From: Planctomycetota bacterium
GTDB taxonomy: Bacteria > Planctomycetota > UBA8108
Assembly (NCBI GenBank): GCA_965659285.1
Contig: CBFHWB010000004.1
Location: 1-59,753 of the forward strand
Direction: 5' to 3'
DNA: 59,753 nt
Position 1 is the first letter of the stretch. Each line of letters begins with the position of its first letter. Position numbers and translations under genes: made by a program. Positions 20,437 through 30,455 of this stretch are shown here, piece by piece. The notes under the pieces are model-generated. The model was not told the origin of the DNA and made no database searches. It saw only the letters and a list, made by a program, of their open reading frames with translations.

Positions 20437-21588
20437 TCAGATCTCGAAGGTCTCAGGTCCCTTGGGGAAGCTCGTCAGGTTGTGATGCCCATCCTCGGTA
20501 ACAACCAGGAGATCCTCGATGCGAACTCCGCCAACGCCGGGGTAGTAGAGCCCGGGCTCGATGGTGATAACATGCCCGGCCTTGAGCTCGTGGCCGACCT
20601 TGCCAAGTCTCGGGTTTTCGTGGATATCGAGTCCTACGCCGTGGCCTGTTCCATGGAAGAAGCCCACCTTGCTGCCATCGCGTTCCTCGGTTCTGCTGCC
20701 GCGCTCTTCAAACAGCTCGACGATGCCCTGGTGGACCCGTTTTCCACAGGCGCCGTCCTTGAGCTCCTTGATGGCCCAGTCCTGGGCGGCAAATACGTCC
20801 TGGTAGAGCTTCCTCGCCTCTTCGGATGCCTCACCCCGGACCACCGTGCGCGTCATGTCACCCCAGTAGCGGGTCTCGGCCGATTGGGGAAAGATATCGA
20901 TGATGATCGTCTGGTTGGCGGGTATGGGACCCGTTCCGCGGTTGTGGGGGTCGCAGCACTGGTCCCCGGCCGCGATGATGATGTCCTCCGCCTGGCAGTT
21001 CCTGTCGAGCAGCAGCTTCTGGGCCATTACGCGCAACCGCTCTGAGGTCACCACCTCACCGTCGTGATAGAGCAGTTCCTCCCTGATCTCGCTCGCGCGC
21101 AGGGTCTCGATGACGAGCCCCATCGCCTCCTCACCGGCCTTCTGGCTGCTCGCGATGTACTCGATCTCTTCAGGTGTCTTGATCCAGCGGTCGAGGTGAA
21201 CCGGGTCTTCCCGGCATTCGAGTTCATAGCCCAGCTCACCGAGCTGTCTTGCATGGATGTAGGGCATGCTGGCGGGAACGGAGAGCTTTCGCGTTTCGCC
21301 TCGTGATTGCAGGAACAGGTCGGCGATCGAGGTCAGCCGGGCCGCCTTTCCCTCTTCTCGAAGCTTCGCCTCCAGCTCCGCTGTACCGACGACCTCGTCT
21401 ACATCCGCCTCTTTTTCGGCACGGCCGTACTCGAGATCGCTGACCAGGAGGTACCTGCGGTCGCCATGTTCTATGTAGATCAGCGGATCACCCACGAGAA
21501 AGCGGGTGGCGTAGAACAGGTCCGAATCCTTCTTGCTGTCGTTGATGACCAGGAGCGTTTCGTCGTTGGATGTTCTCAGGCTGGGCAT
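20437..21588 (-). CDS. M24 Xaa-Pro aminopeptidase family protein
   Basis: IIIDIFP...YWGDMTRT, HGTGHGVGLDIHE, TIEPGLY, GVRIED. Confidence 0.93.
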   Translation of the reverse strand: MPSLRTSNDETLLVINDSKKDSDLFYATRFLVGDPLIYIEHGDRRYLLVSDLEYGRAEKEADVDEVVGTAELEAKLREEGKAARLTSIADLFLQSRGETRKLSVPASMPYIHARQLGELGYELECREDPVHLDRWIKTPEEIEYIASSQKAGEEAMGLVIETLRASEIREELLYHDGEVVTSERLRVMAQKLLLDRNCQAEDIIIAAGDQCCDPHNRGTGPIPANQTIIIDIFPQSAETRYWGDMTRTVVRGEASEEARKLYQDVFAAQDWAIKELKDGACGKRVHQGIVELFEERGSRTEERDGSKVGFFHGTGHGVGLDIHENPRLGKVGHELKAGHVITIEPGLYYPGVGGVRIEDLLVVTEDGHHNLTSFPKGPETFEI

Positions 21589-21595
21589 TGGCTTG

Positions 21596-22825
21596 CTATC
21601 TGTCGAGCGTACAGTCGACCGTTTCGATGGTCCTGCGGATGCTCTCCATGAACTGGTCGGCCACGGCGCCGTCGATCAGGCGATGGTCGAAGGTGAGGGT
21701 CAGGTAGGACATATTGCGTACTCCGATGGAATCGGTTCCCGGCACGACCACCACCCTCTTCTGTACCGCTCCGAAGCAGAGGATGCCGGACTGGGGCTGG
21801 TTGATGATCGGCGTTCCGATCAGGGTGCCGAAGCCGCCGGGATTGGTGATGGTGAAGGTGCCGCCCTGGACCTCTTCCGGTTTCAGGGTCTTGTTGCGCG
21901 CCCTGTCCGCCAGGTCGCTGACTCCCGCGGCGATCTCGGAGATGCTGAGCTTGTCTGCGTGGTGCAGCACTGGAACGACGAGGCCGTTGTCCAGCGCGAC
22001 GGCGAGGCCGATGTTGACGTCGCCCTTGTAGTGGATCTTGCCATCAACCAGTGATGCGTTCAGGTCGGGATAGGCCTTCAGCGCCCGGGCGACGGCCTGG
22101 GTGAGGAAGGGTAGGTAGGTCAGCTTCACCCCGCGCTCCTGCCACTCTGCCTTGTGTTTCTTGCGGAATTCATCGACATCCGTGAAGTCGACCTCGTGGA
22201 CGGTCGAGACGTGGGGCGATGTGCTCTTGGAGTGAACCATGTGCTCGGCGATCTTACGGCGCATGACCGACATCGGTTCGATCCGGTCGCCTCCGGCCTG
22301 TTCGTGTCCGGCCTCTTCAGTCGACGGTGTAGAGGTTCCCTTGCGCTTCTCGATGTATCGCATGACGTCCTTGCGGGTCAGGCGTCCGCCCTCGCCGGTT
22401 CCCTGGACATCGGAGGGATCGACACCGTTGTCTCGCACCAGGCGTCGTACGGCGGGGGAGAGCCAGCTCTTGTCGCCACTTTTGCCGCCGGCTTCCGCTG
22501 TTTCTTTCGCGCCCCCGGCGTTTGCCCGGGAGGACTCGTCGCCACCGCCTGCCGCAGGGGCGCTGGATGCGCTTCCGGGGGCTGGTTTTTCCTCGCTGAG
22601 AACGCACACCAGGGTGTCGACCGGAACAGTCTCTCCCTCCTGTACCAGCAACTCGGCTACATACCCGCTGGCCGGGGATGGAATCTCGGTATCCACCTTG
22701 TCGGTCGAGATCTCGAGCAGGGGCTCATCCCGCTTGATGCTGTCACCGGGACCGACAAACCATTTGATGACGGTTCCCTCGGTGATGCTTTCGCCCATCT
22801 GGGGCATCTTGATTTCGACCGGCAT
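21596..22825 (-). CDS. 2-oxoacid dehydrogenase E2 (dihydrolipoamide acyltransferase, SucB-like)
   Basis: Lipoyl motif ISTDKVDTEI, E3-binding SPAVRRL...GTG, catalytic DHRLIDG; AAGGAG RBS. Confidence 0.93.
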   Translation of the reverse strand: MPVEIKMPQMGESITEGTVIKWFVGPGDSIKRDEPLLEISTDKVDTEIPSPASGYVAELLVQEGETVPVDTLVCVLSEEKPAPGSASSAPAAGGGDESSRANAGGAKETAEAGGKSGDKSWLSPAVRRLVRDNGVDPSDVQGTGEGGRLTRKDVMRYIEKRKGTSTPSTEEAGHEQAGGDRIEPMSVMRRKIAEHMVHSKSTSPHVSTVHEVDFTDVDEFRKKHKAEWQERGVKLTYLPFLTQAVARALKAYPDLNASLVDGKIHYKGDVNIGLAVALDNGLVVPVLHHADKLSISEIAAGVSDLADRARNKTLKPEEVQGGTFTITNPGGFGTLIGTPIINQPQSGILCFGAVQKRVVVVPGTDSIGVRNMSYLTLTFDHRLIDGAVADQFMESIRRTIETVDCTLDR

Positions 22826-22935
22826 GGAGGGGCTCCTTTCCACTCGCTCTGAGAGCACGAATAGTAAGGAATCGGGACCGGTTTGTCACCTTCGCATCTG
22901 GAGTCCGGGGGGAAGACAGAAGGGCAGGATTGTTG

Positions 22936-23883
22936 TCAGGAGATGGCGCCTACGGAGACCATGTTCCGGACGTCGAGCTTCTGTTCGCCATTCCATCGAT
23001 AGGCGCAGAGAGCGCCTCCCCTGGCGATGCTGTAGTCCACGCAGGCGACGTTGGCCGCGAGCAGTTCGGGCTCTCCCCTGAGCCAGTAGTGTCCGACGAA
23101 GACGGGTGGATTCTCCGGGGCGTAGGGTAGGCAGGCTCGCCTGCTTTGCCGCATCATTTCCGCGGTCAATGGAGCCGGGCTAGGCCCCGGGGGCAGGGCG
23201 TAGCTGCCGCAGGTCTCCTCCTCCCGCGGGGATCTGTACCATTGGATGCGAAACATGTTCCGAGCGGTTCCATCCGGATCAATATTCTCCTGTCCGGCCG
23301 GCAAGCGAAGCTCAGGGCCCTTGAGAATGCATTCGACAGCCTCGTAGAGCGGAGAGTCCTCCCTGCTGGCCTCGGCCAGGAACCCGGCCGTGACGCCGTC
23401 GTGTATTTCCAGGCGATCGGAGATGGTCTGGAGCTGTCGGTCATCCCAGGAGGCATGGGCGATTCGGAGGAGGTTTCCATCGACATCTTCCAGCTCGAGC
23501 CACATGGGAAGCGTACGGAACCATTCGACAGCGTCCTCGATTTTTCCATCAAGCTGATCGATGGTGTCCTGGTGCTGTTTGTTGTTTTTCCGGTTGTGCC
23601 TGCGCAGATGCTTGCCGGGTTGCCCGGGATCTTCAGTATGGTAGGCCAGCGCGTTGAACTCATGGTTGCCCATGACGGCTTTCGCTTCTCCTGAATCGAT
23701 CATCGGCCGAACGAGCTGGAGTACCTCGAGGATTTCCGTGCCCCTGTCGATAAAGTCACCGAGGAAGATGACCTCTCGCTCCGGGTGGCGATAGCCGCCT
23801 TCTTCAAGCGTATAGCCGAGCTTTTCCAGCAGTTGTTTCAGCTCGGTGGCGTGCCCGTGGATGTCGCCGATGAGGTCGTACAT
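22936..23883 (-). CDS. Calcineurin-like metallophosphoesterase (ApaH/PrpE-like)
   Basis: GDIHG, GDFIDRG, GNHE, GHYW, CVDYS. The true start is ATG 23883; the longer ORF overlaps the tRNA. Confidence 0.9.
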   Translation of the reverse strand: MYDLIGDIHGHATELKQLLEKLGYTLEEGGYRHPEREVIFLGDFIDRGTEILEVLQLVRPMIDSGEAKAVMGNHEFNALAYHTEDPGQPGKHLRRHNRKNNKQHQDTIDQLDGKIEDAVEWFRTLPMWLELEDVDGNLLRIAHASWDDRQLQTISDRLEIHDGVTAGFLAEASREDSPLYEAVECILKGPELRLPAGQENIDPDGTARNMFRIQWYRSPREEETCGSYALPPGPSPAPLTAEMMRQSRRACLPYAPENPPVFVGHYWLRGEPELLAANVACVDYSIARGGALCAYRWNGEQKLDVRNMVSVGAIS

Positions 23884-23908
23884 GTCCGAGGGATCCCGAG
23901 AGAAAAAA

Positions 23909-24006
23909 TGGCGGGAGTGCATGGGAATCGAACCCACCTACCGTGTTGTTCGCACGATACCTAGGATTTGAAGTCCCGGAGGCCCACCAGGTGCCTATTC
24001 ACTCCC
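23909..24006 (-). tRNA. selC: tRNA-Sec (anticodon UCA)
   Basis: Minus strand reads GGGAGTGAATAGGCACCTGGTGGGCCTCCGGGA-CTTCAAA-TCCTAGGTATCGTGCGAACAACACGGTAGGTGGGTTCGATTCCCATGCACTCCCGCCA (98 nt). It has a long variable arm, extended acceptor stem, G73 and encoded CCA, with a TAGAAT -10 just upstream. Confidence 0.95.
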
Positions 24007-24075
24007 GCGCGAAACTTCATTCTAACCCATAGAAGGGTTCCTTGCAGCGGGTTCCAGCCTCTTCCGGACGACTTC

Positions 24076-26997
24076 TCAGTCAAAGAAGCCCATGTCCTTG
24101 GCGCAGGTATGGACCATCAGGATTGAGCTCTTGGCCAGGTCGCTGGCGTTGGCGTTATTGGGATTGAGCTTGAGGAGTTGCTGGGAAGCGTTCCGCGCGA
24201 GCTCGAAATGGTCGAGGGCAAGCTTCTTATTGGCTAAGGCGTCGTCCATTCCCGGCAGTGAGCGGGCCAGGTATTCGCGTCCCTTCCTGTAGTGCCTGAT
24301 TCCATAGTCCAGCAGGGTTTTCGGCTCGCGCGGCAGGGGGGTATTCCTGGCGAGTTCCTCGACAGGTTTGAGACGGCTGGGCGCGGCGGGCTTCTTTCGC
24401 GGATTTTTTTCTGTCGCCGCGATCTTTGCCAGGGGGTCGGCGCGCCCGGAACCCCTCTTCCAGTATCGTGTAAGGCGCTCTACATCATCGGGGAAATAGG
24501 TGCCGAGCAACCAGCCGAAGTTATCACTGGCGAAGGCGCGATCGAGGAATTTAGTTCCTTCCGTGTTCAGTCGGTTGGTCTTGGCGAAGAGAGCGAGTGA
24601 GAAGAGATCGCTCAGGTAGCCGTATTGACCTGTCTTGTCGAGCTGGTTGTTTCTCTGCCGCAATTCCTCCTGCTTGGAGCCGCGCCATTGTTCATGGCTG
24701 ATGGCTTTCTCGCCCTGGATGCCTGCGCGCCGCAGCCGAGCCTGTTCTCCATAGCTGGACTGGATCCAGATATGCTCCTTGTCACGGCGGAGGATCCTTA
24801 CGGTTCTCTTCAATAATTCACCGGCGGAATTGAGGTAGTTGATCTCGAAGAGGTCACTGGCGCTGACCAGGTGGCTGACGGGCGTTTGCCGGGTCATTTC
24901 ATGCATGAGAGCGATCCGGTAACGTTGCCGGCGCAGTTGCTTCTTCCGGGAGAGGGCATCGGGTAGGGATTCCAGTTTCTTATAGCAATTTCCTGCGAGT
25001 GTATAGTCCATCGACAGGAGGGCCTTGTTCGCGAGGCCTTCGAGAGAGACCGCGTCAGCCGGCAGGGTCGCAGGTTGCGCCGGGCTGGGTTGTGAGGCCG
25101 GTTGGTTTCCGGAGAAAACGAGCAGTTTGCCGCGGTCCTCGTTTCGTAATCGGCTGAGTACCAGCTTCACATCCTCGCCCTGCCGCTTTGATATTTTCCG
25201 GCTGAAGACGACCGTGCCTTTTTCCCAATACCAATTCGAGTCCAGGGTTCGCGCGATTTTGTCGATCAGACGTCCAATCGTGCATCCCTTCGCCTGGAAA
25301 TTCAGCCTGCTGTCTCCGGTAATTCCTTTCAGGGCGACGCGAATCCCGAACCAGCGCAGAAAACTACCGAGTTTTCGGATCTCGAGCGAGGGGAAGGAGA
25401 TTTCTACCGGTTCCCGCAGAGCGCTGTACATTTCTTCCTGGACCGGGCTGAAGCCGATCTTGAGATCCCAGATCTCGAACCAGTTTCTCGGATGGCCCAG
25501 GGGGTTTCTGAGGAACCTGCCGACGAGGGTTATCTTGTGACCTTGCGGGGCGGCTTCCAGTTTCTTGTGAATGTCGAAAGGGTAATATTTCGGGAGGCCG
25601 CCGACCTTCAGCAGCCAGCCGCTGGATGCGAGGTTCTGGAGGTCTTTTTTCGCTTCCGGACGCCAGATGAAGAAATTCACATTGTGTTCGATGGCTCCCT
25701 TGACCGAGATTCTTGATTTGTTTCCGCCGGTTGGATCGGCCTCGTATCCGTCAAGGATGCCCTTGACGGTGAGCCACTTACGAGTGTTCGCGTCCGGGAA
25801 GGCGGAGAGCAACTCTGGGCTGAGAACGGTAGCGGGCGGTGAACGCAGTGACGGAGCCTCCGAAAAATTGCTGACCTTGTTCCTGGCGCGTAACATGTCG
25901 TAGCCCGTAAGCCATGAGGTGAACTCGCAGGTAAAGGCGAGCATGAAGTTCGCTTTTACCGGGAGCCTGTATTTCGCGGCCTCCCACTGGCTGTCAGCTT
26001 CCTTGATCGCCGCCGAGGAGATGGGCAGGGGGCCTAGCTTGTTGCGCAGCGCATAGGAGAGCGAGTACTTGGGGCTTATCGCCCGGAAATAATCGAGGGT
26101 CGCGGCCTCCCTGGTGTTGAGGACGAGTTTCTGGACCGTCTTGATCGCCTGGGCCAGGGGACGCTCGAGAACCTTCTTTTCACGCACCTGGGTCAGAACC
26201 TTGGTGAGAGCTTCCTGCTCCCTGGCCGTGATCTTGTAGCTCTGGGTCTTGTATTGCATGCCCTTACAGTCCGGACAGAAGGTGTAGCCGACTCCAGTAC
26301 AGCGCCTGCAGGCGACCTTGATCGGTTTTCCGCGTAAGGTCGCGTCCTGCGCCCCGGTGGCGAGACAGGTTGTGCATTTGAGGAACCCGCCATGGCGGGC
26401 GCAGCGTTCACAGGCGCGAATGCTCCGCTTCTTGGGCTGGAAGATCTCCTTGAAGTGCTCATCATCGATCTTGTCCGCGCACAGCGCCAGCCTCTCGAGA
26501 ACCTTGTTGCGTGGAATGAAGTCGGCGCTCGAAGAATCCTTGGGCAGGAGGGCGAAGGCTTCTGAGTATTTCACGCGGGCCTCGGCAAGTTCAGCCGCGC
26601 TGTAGAGCTTGTCTCCTTCAGAGACAAGGGCTCGCTGCCTGCGGCTCGTCTCGGTCTGGGCTTTTTTAAGCAAGGCGCTGGCTGCCGGATGGCTGAAGCG
26701 ACTGGTGAGATCTCGGAGTCTCTTATAGGCCCTGGTGTAGAGCTTGTTTTCGATCTCGATCCGGGCGAGGCGGTAGACGGCTTCGGGGTAGTTTTTTTCT
26801 TTCGCTTCAAGGTCAGCCACCATGCGGTAGCAGCGCTCGGCCCAGTTGGAGCGTTTTTGCTGCTCACACCATCCACCGAGAGAAAGCAGGGCGGTTCCAT
26901 CAGCCGGGTCGGTTTTTGCCAGGCGGATGCGGAATTCAGCATCCTGGTCGGCCTGGGGATGCGCGAGGAGGAGTAGGCACAACAGGGTCTGGGTCAT
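24076..26997 (-). CDS. Large secreted multidomain protein (TPR-like repeats, DnaJ-type Cys-rich zinc finger, STN-like segment)
   Basis: Signal-like N-terminus; four CxxC motifs (CERCARHG, CTTCLATG, CRRCTGVG, CPDCKG); helical repeats at both ends. Confidence 0.6.
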   Translation of the reverse strand: MTQTLLCLLLLAHPQADQDAEFRIRLAKTDPADGTALLSLGGWCEQQKRSNWAERCYRMVADLEAKEKNYPEAVYRLARIEIENKLYTRAYKRLRDLTSRFSHPAASALLKKAQTETSRRQRALVSEGDKLYSAAELAEARVKYSEAFALLPKDSSSADFIPRNKVLERLALCADKIDDEHFKEIFQPKKRSIRACERCARHGGFLKCTTCLATGAQDATLRGKPIKVACRRCTGVGYTFCPDCKGMQYKTQSYKITAREQEALTKVLTQVREKKVLERPLAQAIKTVQKLVLNTREAATLDYFRAISPKYSLSYALRNKLGPLPISSAAIKEADSQWEAAKYRLPVKANFMLAFTCEFTSWLTGYDMLRARNKVSNFSEAPSLRSPPATVLSPELLSAFPDANTRKWLTVKGILDGYEADPTGGNKSRISVKGAIEHNVNFFIWRPEAKKDLQNLASSGWLLKVGGLPKYYPFDIHKKLEAAPQGHKITLVGRFLRNPLGHPRNWFEIWDLKIGFSPVQEEMYSALREPVEISFPSLEIRKLGSFLRWFGIRVALKGITGDSRLNFQAKGCTIGRLIDKIARTLDSNWYWEKGTVVFSRKISKRQGEDVKLVLSRLRNEDRGKLLVFSGNQPASQPSPAQPATLPADAVSLEGLANKALLSMDYTLAGNCYKKLESLPDALSRKKQLRRQRYRIALMHEMTRQTPVSHLVSASDLFEINYLNSAGELLKRTVRILRRDKEHIWIQSSYGEQARLRRAGIQGEKAISHEQWRGSKQEELRQRNNQLDKTGQYGYLSDLFSLALFAKTNRLNTEGTKFLDRAFASDNFGWLLGTYFPDDVERLTRYWKRGSGRADPLAKIAATEKNPRKKPAAPSRLKPVEELARNTPLPREPKTLLDYGIRHYRKGREYLARSLPGMDDALANKKLALDHFELARNASQQLLKLNPNNANASDLAKSSILMVHTCAKDMGFFD

Positions 26998-27118
26998 CTG
27001 TCGGTTGTCATTCTGCTGGTAGAATAAAGAGACGATCCTGGATACGCATTGTAGCCCTGTGGTTGAACTCTTACCTGAAATTATTGTTCAGAACGCCGCC
27101 CGGGAAGAGACGCGCGGG

Positions 27119-28600
27119 TCAGCTCAGGATGGAGAGTCTCAGCAGGAAGCTTTCATCCGCTTCAGGCTCAGGCTGCCTGGAGACGATGATGACCTTGTCT
27201 GCGGAGCCGACGATGCCGTCGTCACGGAGCTTCTTCAGCGCGCTGGGCACGAGCGACTCGAGCTTGTTCTCCAGCGGCATCGTCGTCAGGTTGAGACCCC
27301 TGTGGAGCAGGAGCCGACGCAGGTTCGAGTGGTTGTCAAGCACTCCATACACCGGCACGGTGGGCGAGGCTGTGGAGAGGGCGCGATGAGTCGTACCCTC
27401 GAGGGAGAAGGCGAGAATGCAGTCCGCGCTCATGTATTCAGCGAAGATGACCGCTGAGGCCGCCAGCAGGTCGTTGATTCCCTCCTTTCCCGTAACGGGA
27501 GCGTGAAGGCCGCGGTTCCTGCGGTTGAGCTCCAGCTCCGCCTCGCGCGCGATCCGGTCCATCTCGGCAACCGATTCCTCCGGGTAGTCCCCCATCGCCG
27601 TTTCCGCCGACAACATGATAGCGTGGCTACCGTCCAGAACGGCGGTGTAGACGTCATTGACCTCCGCTCGGGTCGGCTGGGGATGGTCGATCATCGACTC
27701 AAGCATCTGGGTCGCGGTGATGGATGGGACTCCAAGGGCGTTGGCCTGGGAGATGATCGATTTCTGGATTCCAGGGACCTTCTCGCGCGGCAGCGTCACC
27801 CCGAGGTCTCCGCGGGCGATGAGAACCGCGTTGGCGGCCTTCAGGATCTCCTCCAGGTTATGGATGCCCGCGCCGTCCTCGACCTTGGCGACGATGAAGG
27901 CTTCTTTTTTCCCCCAGCCCGCGAGGTGCTTGCGCATCTTCGTGATTTCATCTGCGGATCGGACGAAGGACATGGCAACCATATCGAGACCCATGTTGAC
28001 GCCAAATCGCGCGTCCTCGAGATCATTTTCATCAAGAACAGGGAACTCGAGCTCCGAGTCGGGGAAGATGACACCCTTGCGACTGTAGACCGGCGCTCCC
28101 CTGTGAACCTTGCAGAGGATCTCCTCATCGAGGCAGGAGATCACCTCGAGCTCGATCTTGGCGTCATCCAGGAAGATTCTGTGTCCCGGCTCAACAAAGC
28201 GCTCGGCTCCGACATAGTCCATTCCCAGGCGCTCGGTCGAGATGTCCTCTCCATGAGAGAGGATGATCTCGGCTCCCTGTTCGAGGATGATGGGTGTTGC
28301 CGAGCTCGCTCTTCCAAGTCGCACCTTGTGTCCCTGCAGATCCTGCATGATCGCGACCGGCCGGCCTGTTTTTTCGGAGGCCGCGCGGATTTCCCGGATC
28401 AGCCGCTCGTGGGTCTCCTGGGTTCCGTGCGAGAAATTAAGCCGCGCGACGTTCATGCCCGCCTCGATGAGGCTCTCAATCATTTCGCTGTTCGAACTGG
28501 ATGGTCCCAGGGTGCAGACGATCCTGCAGGCTCTCGGGTCTTTTTCGAACTTGATGTCTTCCAACTGCGGGCTGGCGGGGGCGGTTTTTTTCGTCATCAA
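27119..28600 (-). CDS. pyk: Pyruvate kinase
   Basis: IVCTLGP, ARLNFSHG, AKVE, IARGDLG, ATQMLESM, PTRAEVND. Confidence 0.96.
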   Translation of the reverse strand: MMTKKTAPASPQLEDIKFEKDPRACRIVCTLGPSSSNSEMIESLIEAGMNVARLNFSHGTQETHERLIREIRAASEKTGRPVAIMQDLQGHKVRLGRASSATPIILEQGAEIILSHGEDISTERLGMDYVGAERFVEPGHRIFLDDAKIELEVISCLDEEILCKVHRGAPVYSRKGVIFPDSELEFPVLDENDLEDARFGVNMGLDMVAMSFVRSADEITKMRKHLAGWGKKEAFIVAKVEDGAGIHNLEEILKAANAVLIARGDLGVTLPREKVPGIQKSIISQANALGVPSITATQMLESMIDHPQPTRAEVNDVYTAVLDGSHAIMLSAETAMGDYPEESVAEMDRIAREAELELNRRNRGLHAPVTGKEGINDLLAASAVIFAEYMSADCILAFSLEGTTHRALSTASPTVPVYGVLDNHSNLRRLLLHRGLNLTTMPLENKLESLVPSALKKLRDDGIVGSADKVIIVSRQPEPEADESFLLRLSILS

Positions 28601-28810
28601 AGATGAGCCTCTTGTAGGCCCGGGGATGGTTTTCTGGTAAGAGCCGATTTACCCGCCGTTATCCGGTGACAGCGGCCGGCTCGCGAATTGCGCAGGAATA
28701 CAGTACCGGATACGCTTCAAGAGAGCGAGAGCCCAGCGGGCGGGGTCGGCGGGTTCGCCGGGAGGCGCTTGCCTGCGCGGAGTTCTTTTTATTGTCCGCG
28801 CGGTCCACTT

Positions 28811-28839
28811 TGGACGCTGCCGCCCGAGTGGTCTATGCT
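28811..28839 (+). promoter_or_regulatory. Putative sigma70 promoter upstream of the SDR gene
   Basis: TGGACG, 17 nt spacer, TATGCT. Confidence 0.35.
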
Positions 28840-28915
28840 TAACTGGACCATGTGAAACGCCGCTTTCGGGCGCTTTTCTGGCTTCTTGGACGACAAGCGA
28901 AGGATGACCTGGAAG

Positions 28916-29665
28916 ATGAACCTGGAGGGAAGCAGCGCTGTTGTTACCGGGGCCTCGAGTGGGATCGGAGAGGCGATAGCCCTGGAGCTTGCCTCCCGGG
29001 GCGCGCGCCTGACACTCACCGCGCGCCGGGAAGATCGGCTCGATGAACTCGGAGGACGGATCACCAGTACGGGAGGCGAGGCGCCCTTGCTGGTGGCTGC
29101 GGATCTGCGCAAGGCCGAAGACATCACCCGGATTTTCGAGGAATCACGAGCTCGCTGGGGGGGGCTGGATATTCTCATCAACAACGCCGGGCTCGGGCGC
29201 AAGGCGAGCTTTCACGATGGAGCGACTGAGGACTGGCGTGAGATGCTGGAGGTGAATGTCCTGGCCCTGACGGTGGCCTGTCGTGAGGCGCTCGGGTGCT
29301 TTGACGGAGAGAGGGGCGGCCATATCGTGAATGTTTCCAGCATGGCCGGACACAGGATACCGCCGCGGGGCGGATTCTACGCCGCCACCAAGTTCGCGGT
29401 CCGCGCCATCACTGAATGCCTGCGCCAGGAATTGCGCGCCCTGGGCAGCCCCTCGCGTGTCAGCGAGATCTCTCCCGGATTTGTGACCACCGAGTTTCAC
29501 GAGGTTTTCTACCGCGGTGACGCGGAGCAGGTGGCCGCCGGACTGCCGGACTACAGGGTCCTGGATCCCCGCGATGTCGCCGCCTCCGTCATTCATATAC
29601 TCGAGGCTCCCGACCATGTCGCGATACACGATGTTCTCATTCGGTCCAATGAGCAGGAGAGCTGA
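28916..29665 (+). CDS. Classical SDR oxidoreductase (NADP-preferring)
   Basis: TGASSGIG, ARR, NNAG, YAATK. The start may be ATG 28904 or 28916. Confidence 0.93.
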   Translation: MNLEGSSAVVTGASSGIGEAIALELASRGARLTLTARREDRLDELGGRITSTGGEAPLLVAADLRKAEDITRIFEESRARWGGLDILINNAGLGRKASFHDGATEDWREMLEVNVLALTVACREALGCFDGERGGHIVNVSSMAGHRIPPRGGFYAATKFAVRAITECLRQELRALGSPSRVSEISPGFVTTEFHEVFYRGDAEQVAAGLPDYRVLDPRDVAASVIHILEAPDHVAIHDVLIRSNEQES

Positions 29666-29666
29666 C

Positions 29667-30455
29667 GTGCGCTCTTTTTTCGTGTCTTTCCTCGCAGCGC
29701 TCTGTTTCTTTCTGCCCGGCTGCCGGGATGAGGGAGACGCGGTTCAGCCGGCCCCCAGGCTGAGCAGGCTCCCTCCCTCGGCGGGGGACAGCGATCCCCG
29801 CCTGGAGCAGGCGCTTTTGAAGATTACCGCAGGGTCGTATGACGAGGCCCGGGCGATCATCGCCGCGGTGCTGTCGGACCACCCCGCCTCCTACCGCGGC
29901 CGATTCCTGGAGGCGCTTACCTGGCATCGGCAGAAACGCTATGAGAAGGCCCGCAAGGGCTTCGAGGTTGTGTTGCGTTCGAGAGCGGGCTTTGCCGGCA
30001 GCGAGAGCGTTCTTCATTTTTACGGCTGGGCACTCTATCACCTCGGTCGCCTGGGCGAGGCGGAGGAGGCCTTCAGGGGGCACGCGAAGGAGGCTCCCCG
30101 GGTCGCCTCGACCTGGTTCGCGTTGGGGTTGATTGCGCTTGAGGACCATCGTCTTGGCGAGGCAGAGTCCCTCCTCGACAATGCCCGACGGATCCAGGAT
30201 GCGAATTCGAAGAAGCAGAAGGAACTGGCGAAGACGATGGCCAGGCTTGGCGAGGTCCACATCCTGCAGGGCCGGCTCGAGTTGGCCAGGAAAGATCTCG
30301 AAGAGGCTGTGAGGATCTGGCCCGGACACTTCAACGCCCACTACAAGCTTTATCGCGTGCTTTTGCGGTTGGGAGAGAAGGAGGCTGCGCAGGCCGCCCT
30401 GGAACGGCACCAGGCGCTTGCCGGGGCTCCGGGGAAGAGGAGGACGGGATCTTGA
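29667..30455 (+). CDS. TPR lipoprotein
   Basis: GTG start, lipobox LPGC, multiple TPR units; overlaps the start of the ASPIC/UnbV gene. Confidence 0.8.
   Translation: MRSFFVSFLAALCFFLPGCRDEGDAVQPAPRLSRLPPSAGDSDPRLEQALLKITAGSYDEARAIIAAVLSDHPASYRGRFLEALTWHRQKRYEKARKGFEVVLRSRAGFAGSESVLHFYGWALYHLGRLGEAEEAFRGHAKEAPRVASTWFALGLIALEDHRLGEAESLLDNARRIQDANSKKQKELAKTMARLGEVHILQGRLELARKDLEEAVRIWPGHFNAHYKLYRVLLRLGEKEAAQAALERHQALAGAPGKRRTGS

Noticed and set aside
23884-23937. N-terminal extension of the metallophosphoesterase ORF
   Set aside because: It overlaps tRNA-Sec; the domain begins at ATG 23883.
22936-24006. Genomic island integrated at selC
   Set aside because: No integrase, no duplicated tRNA 3' end noticed, and no clear compositional shift.
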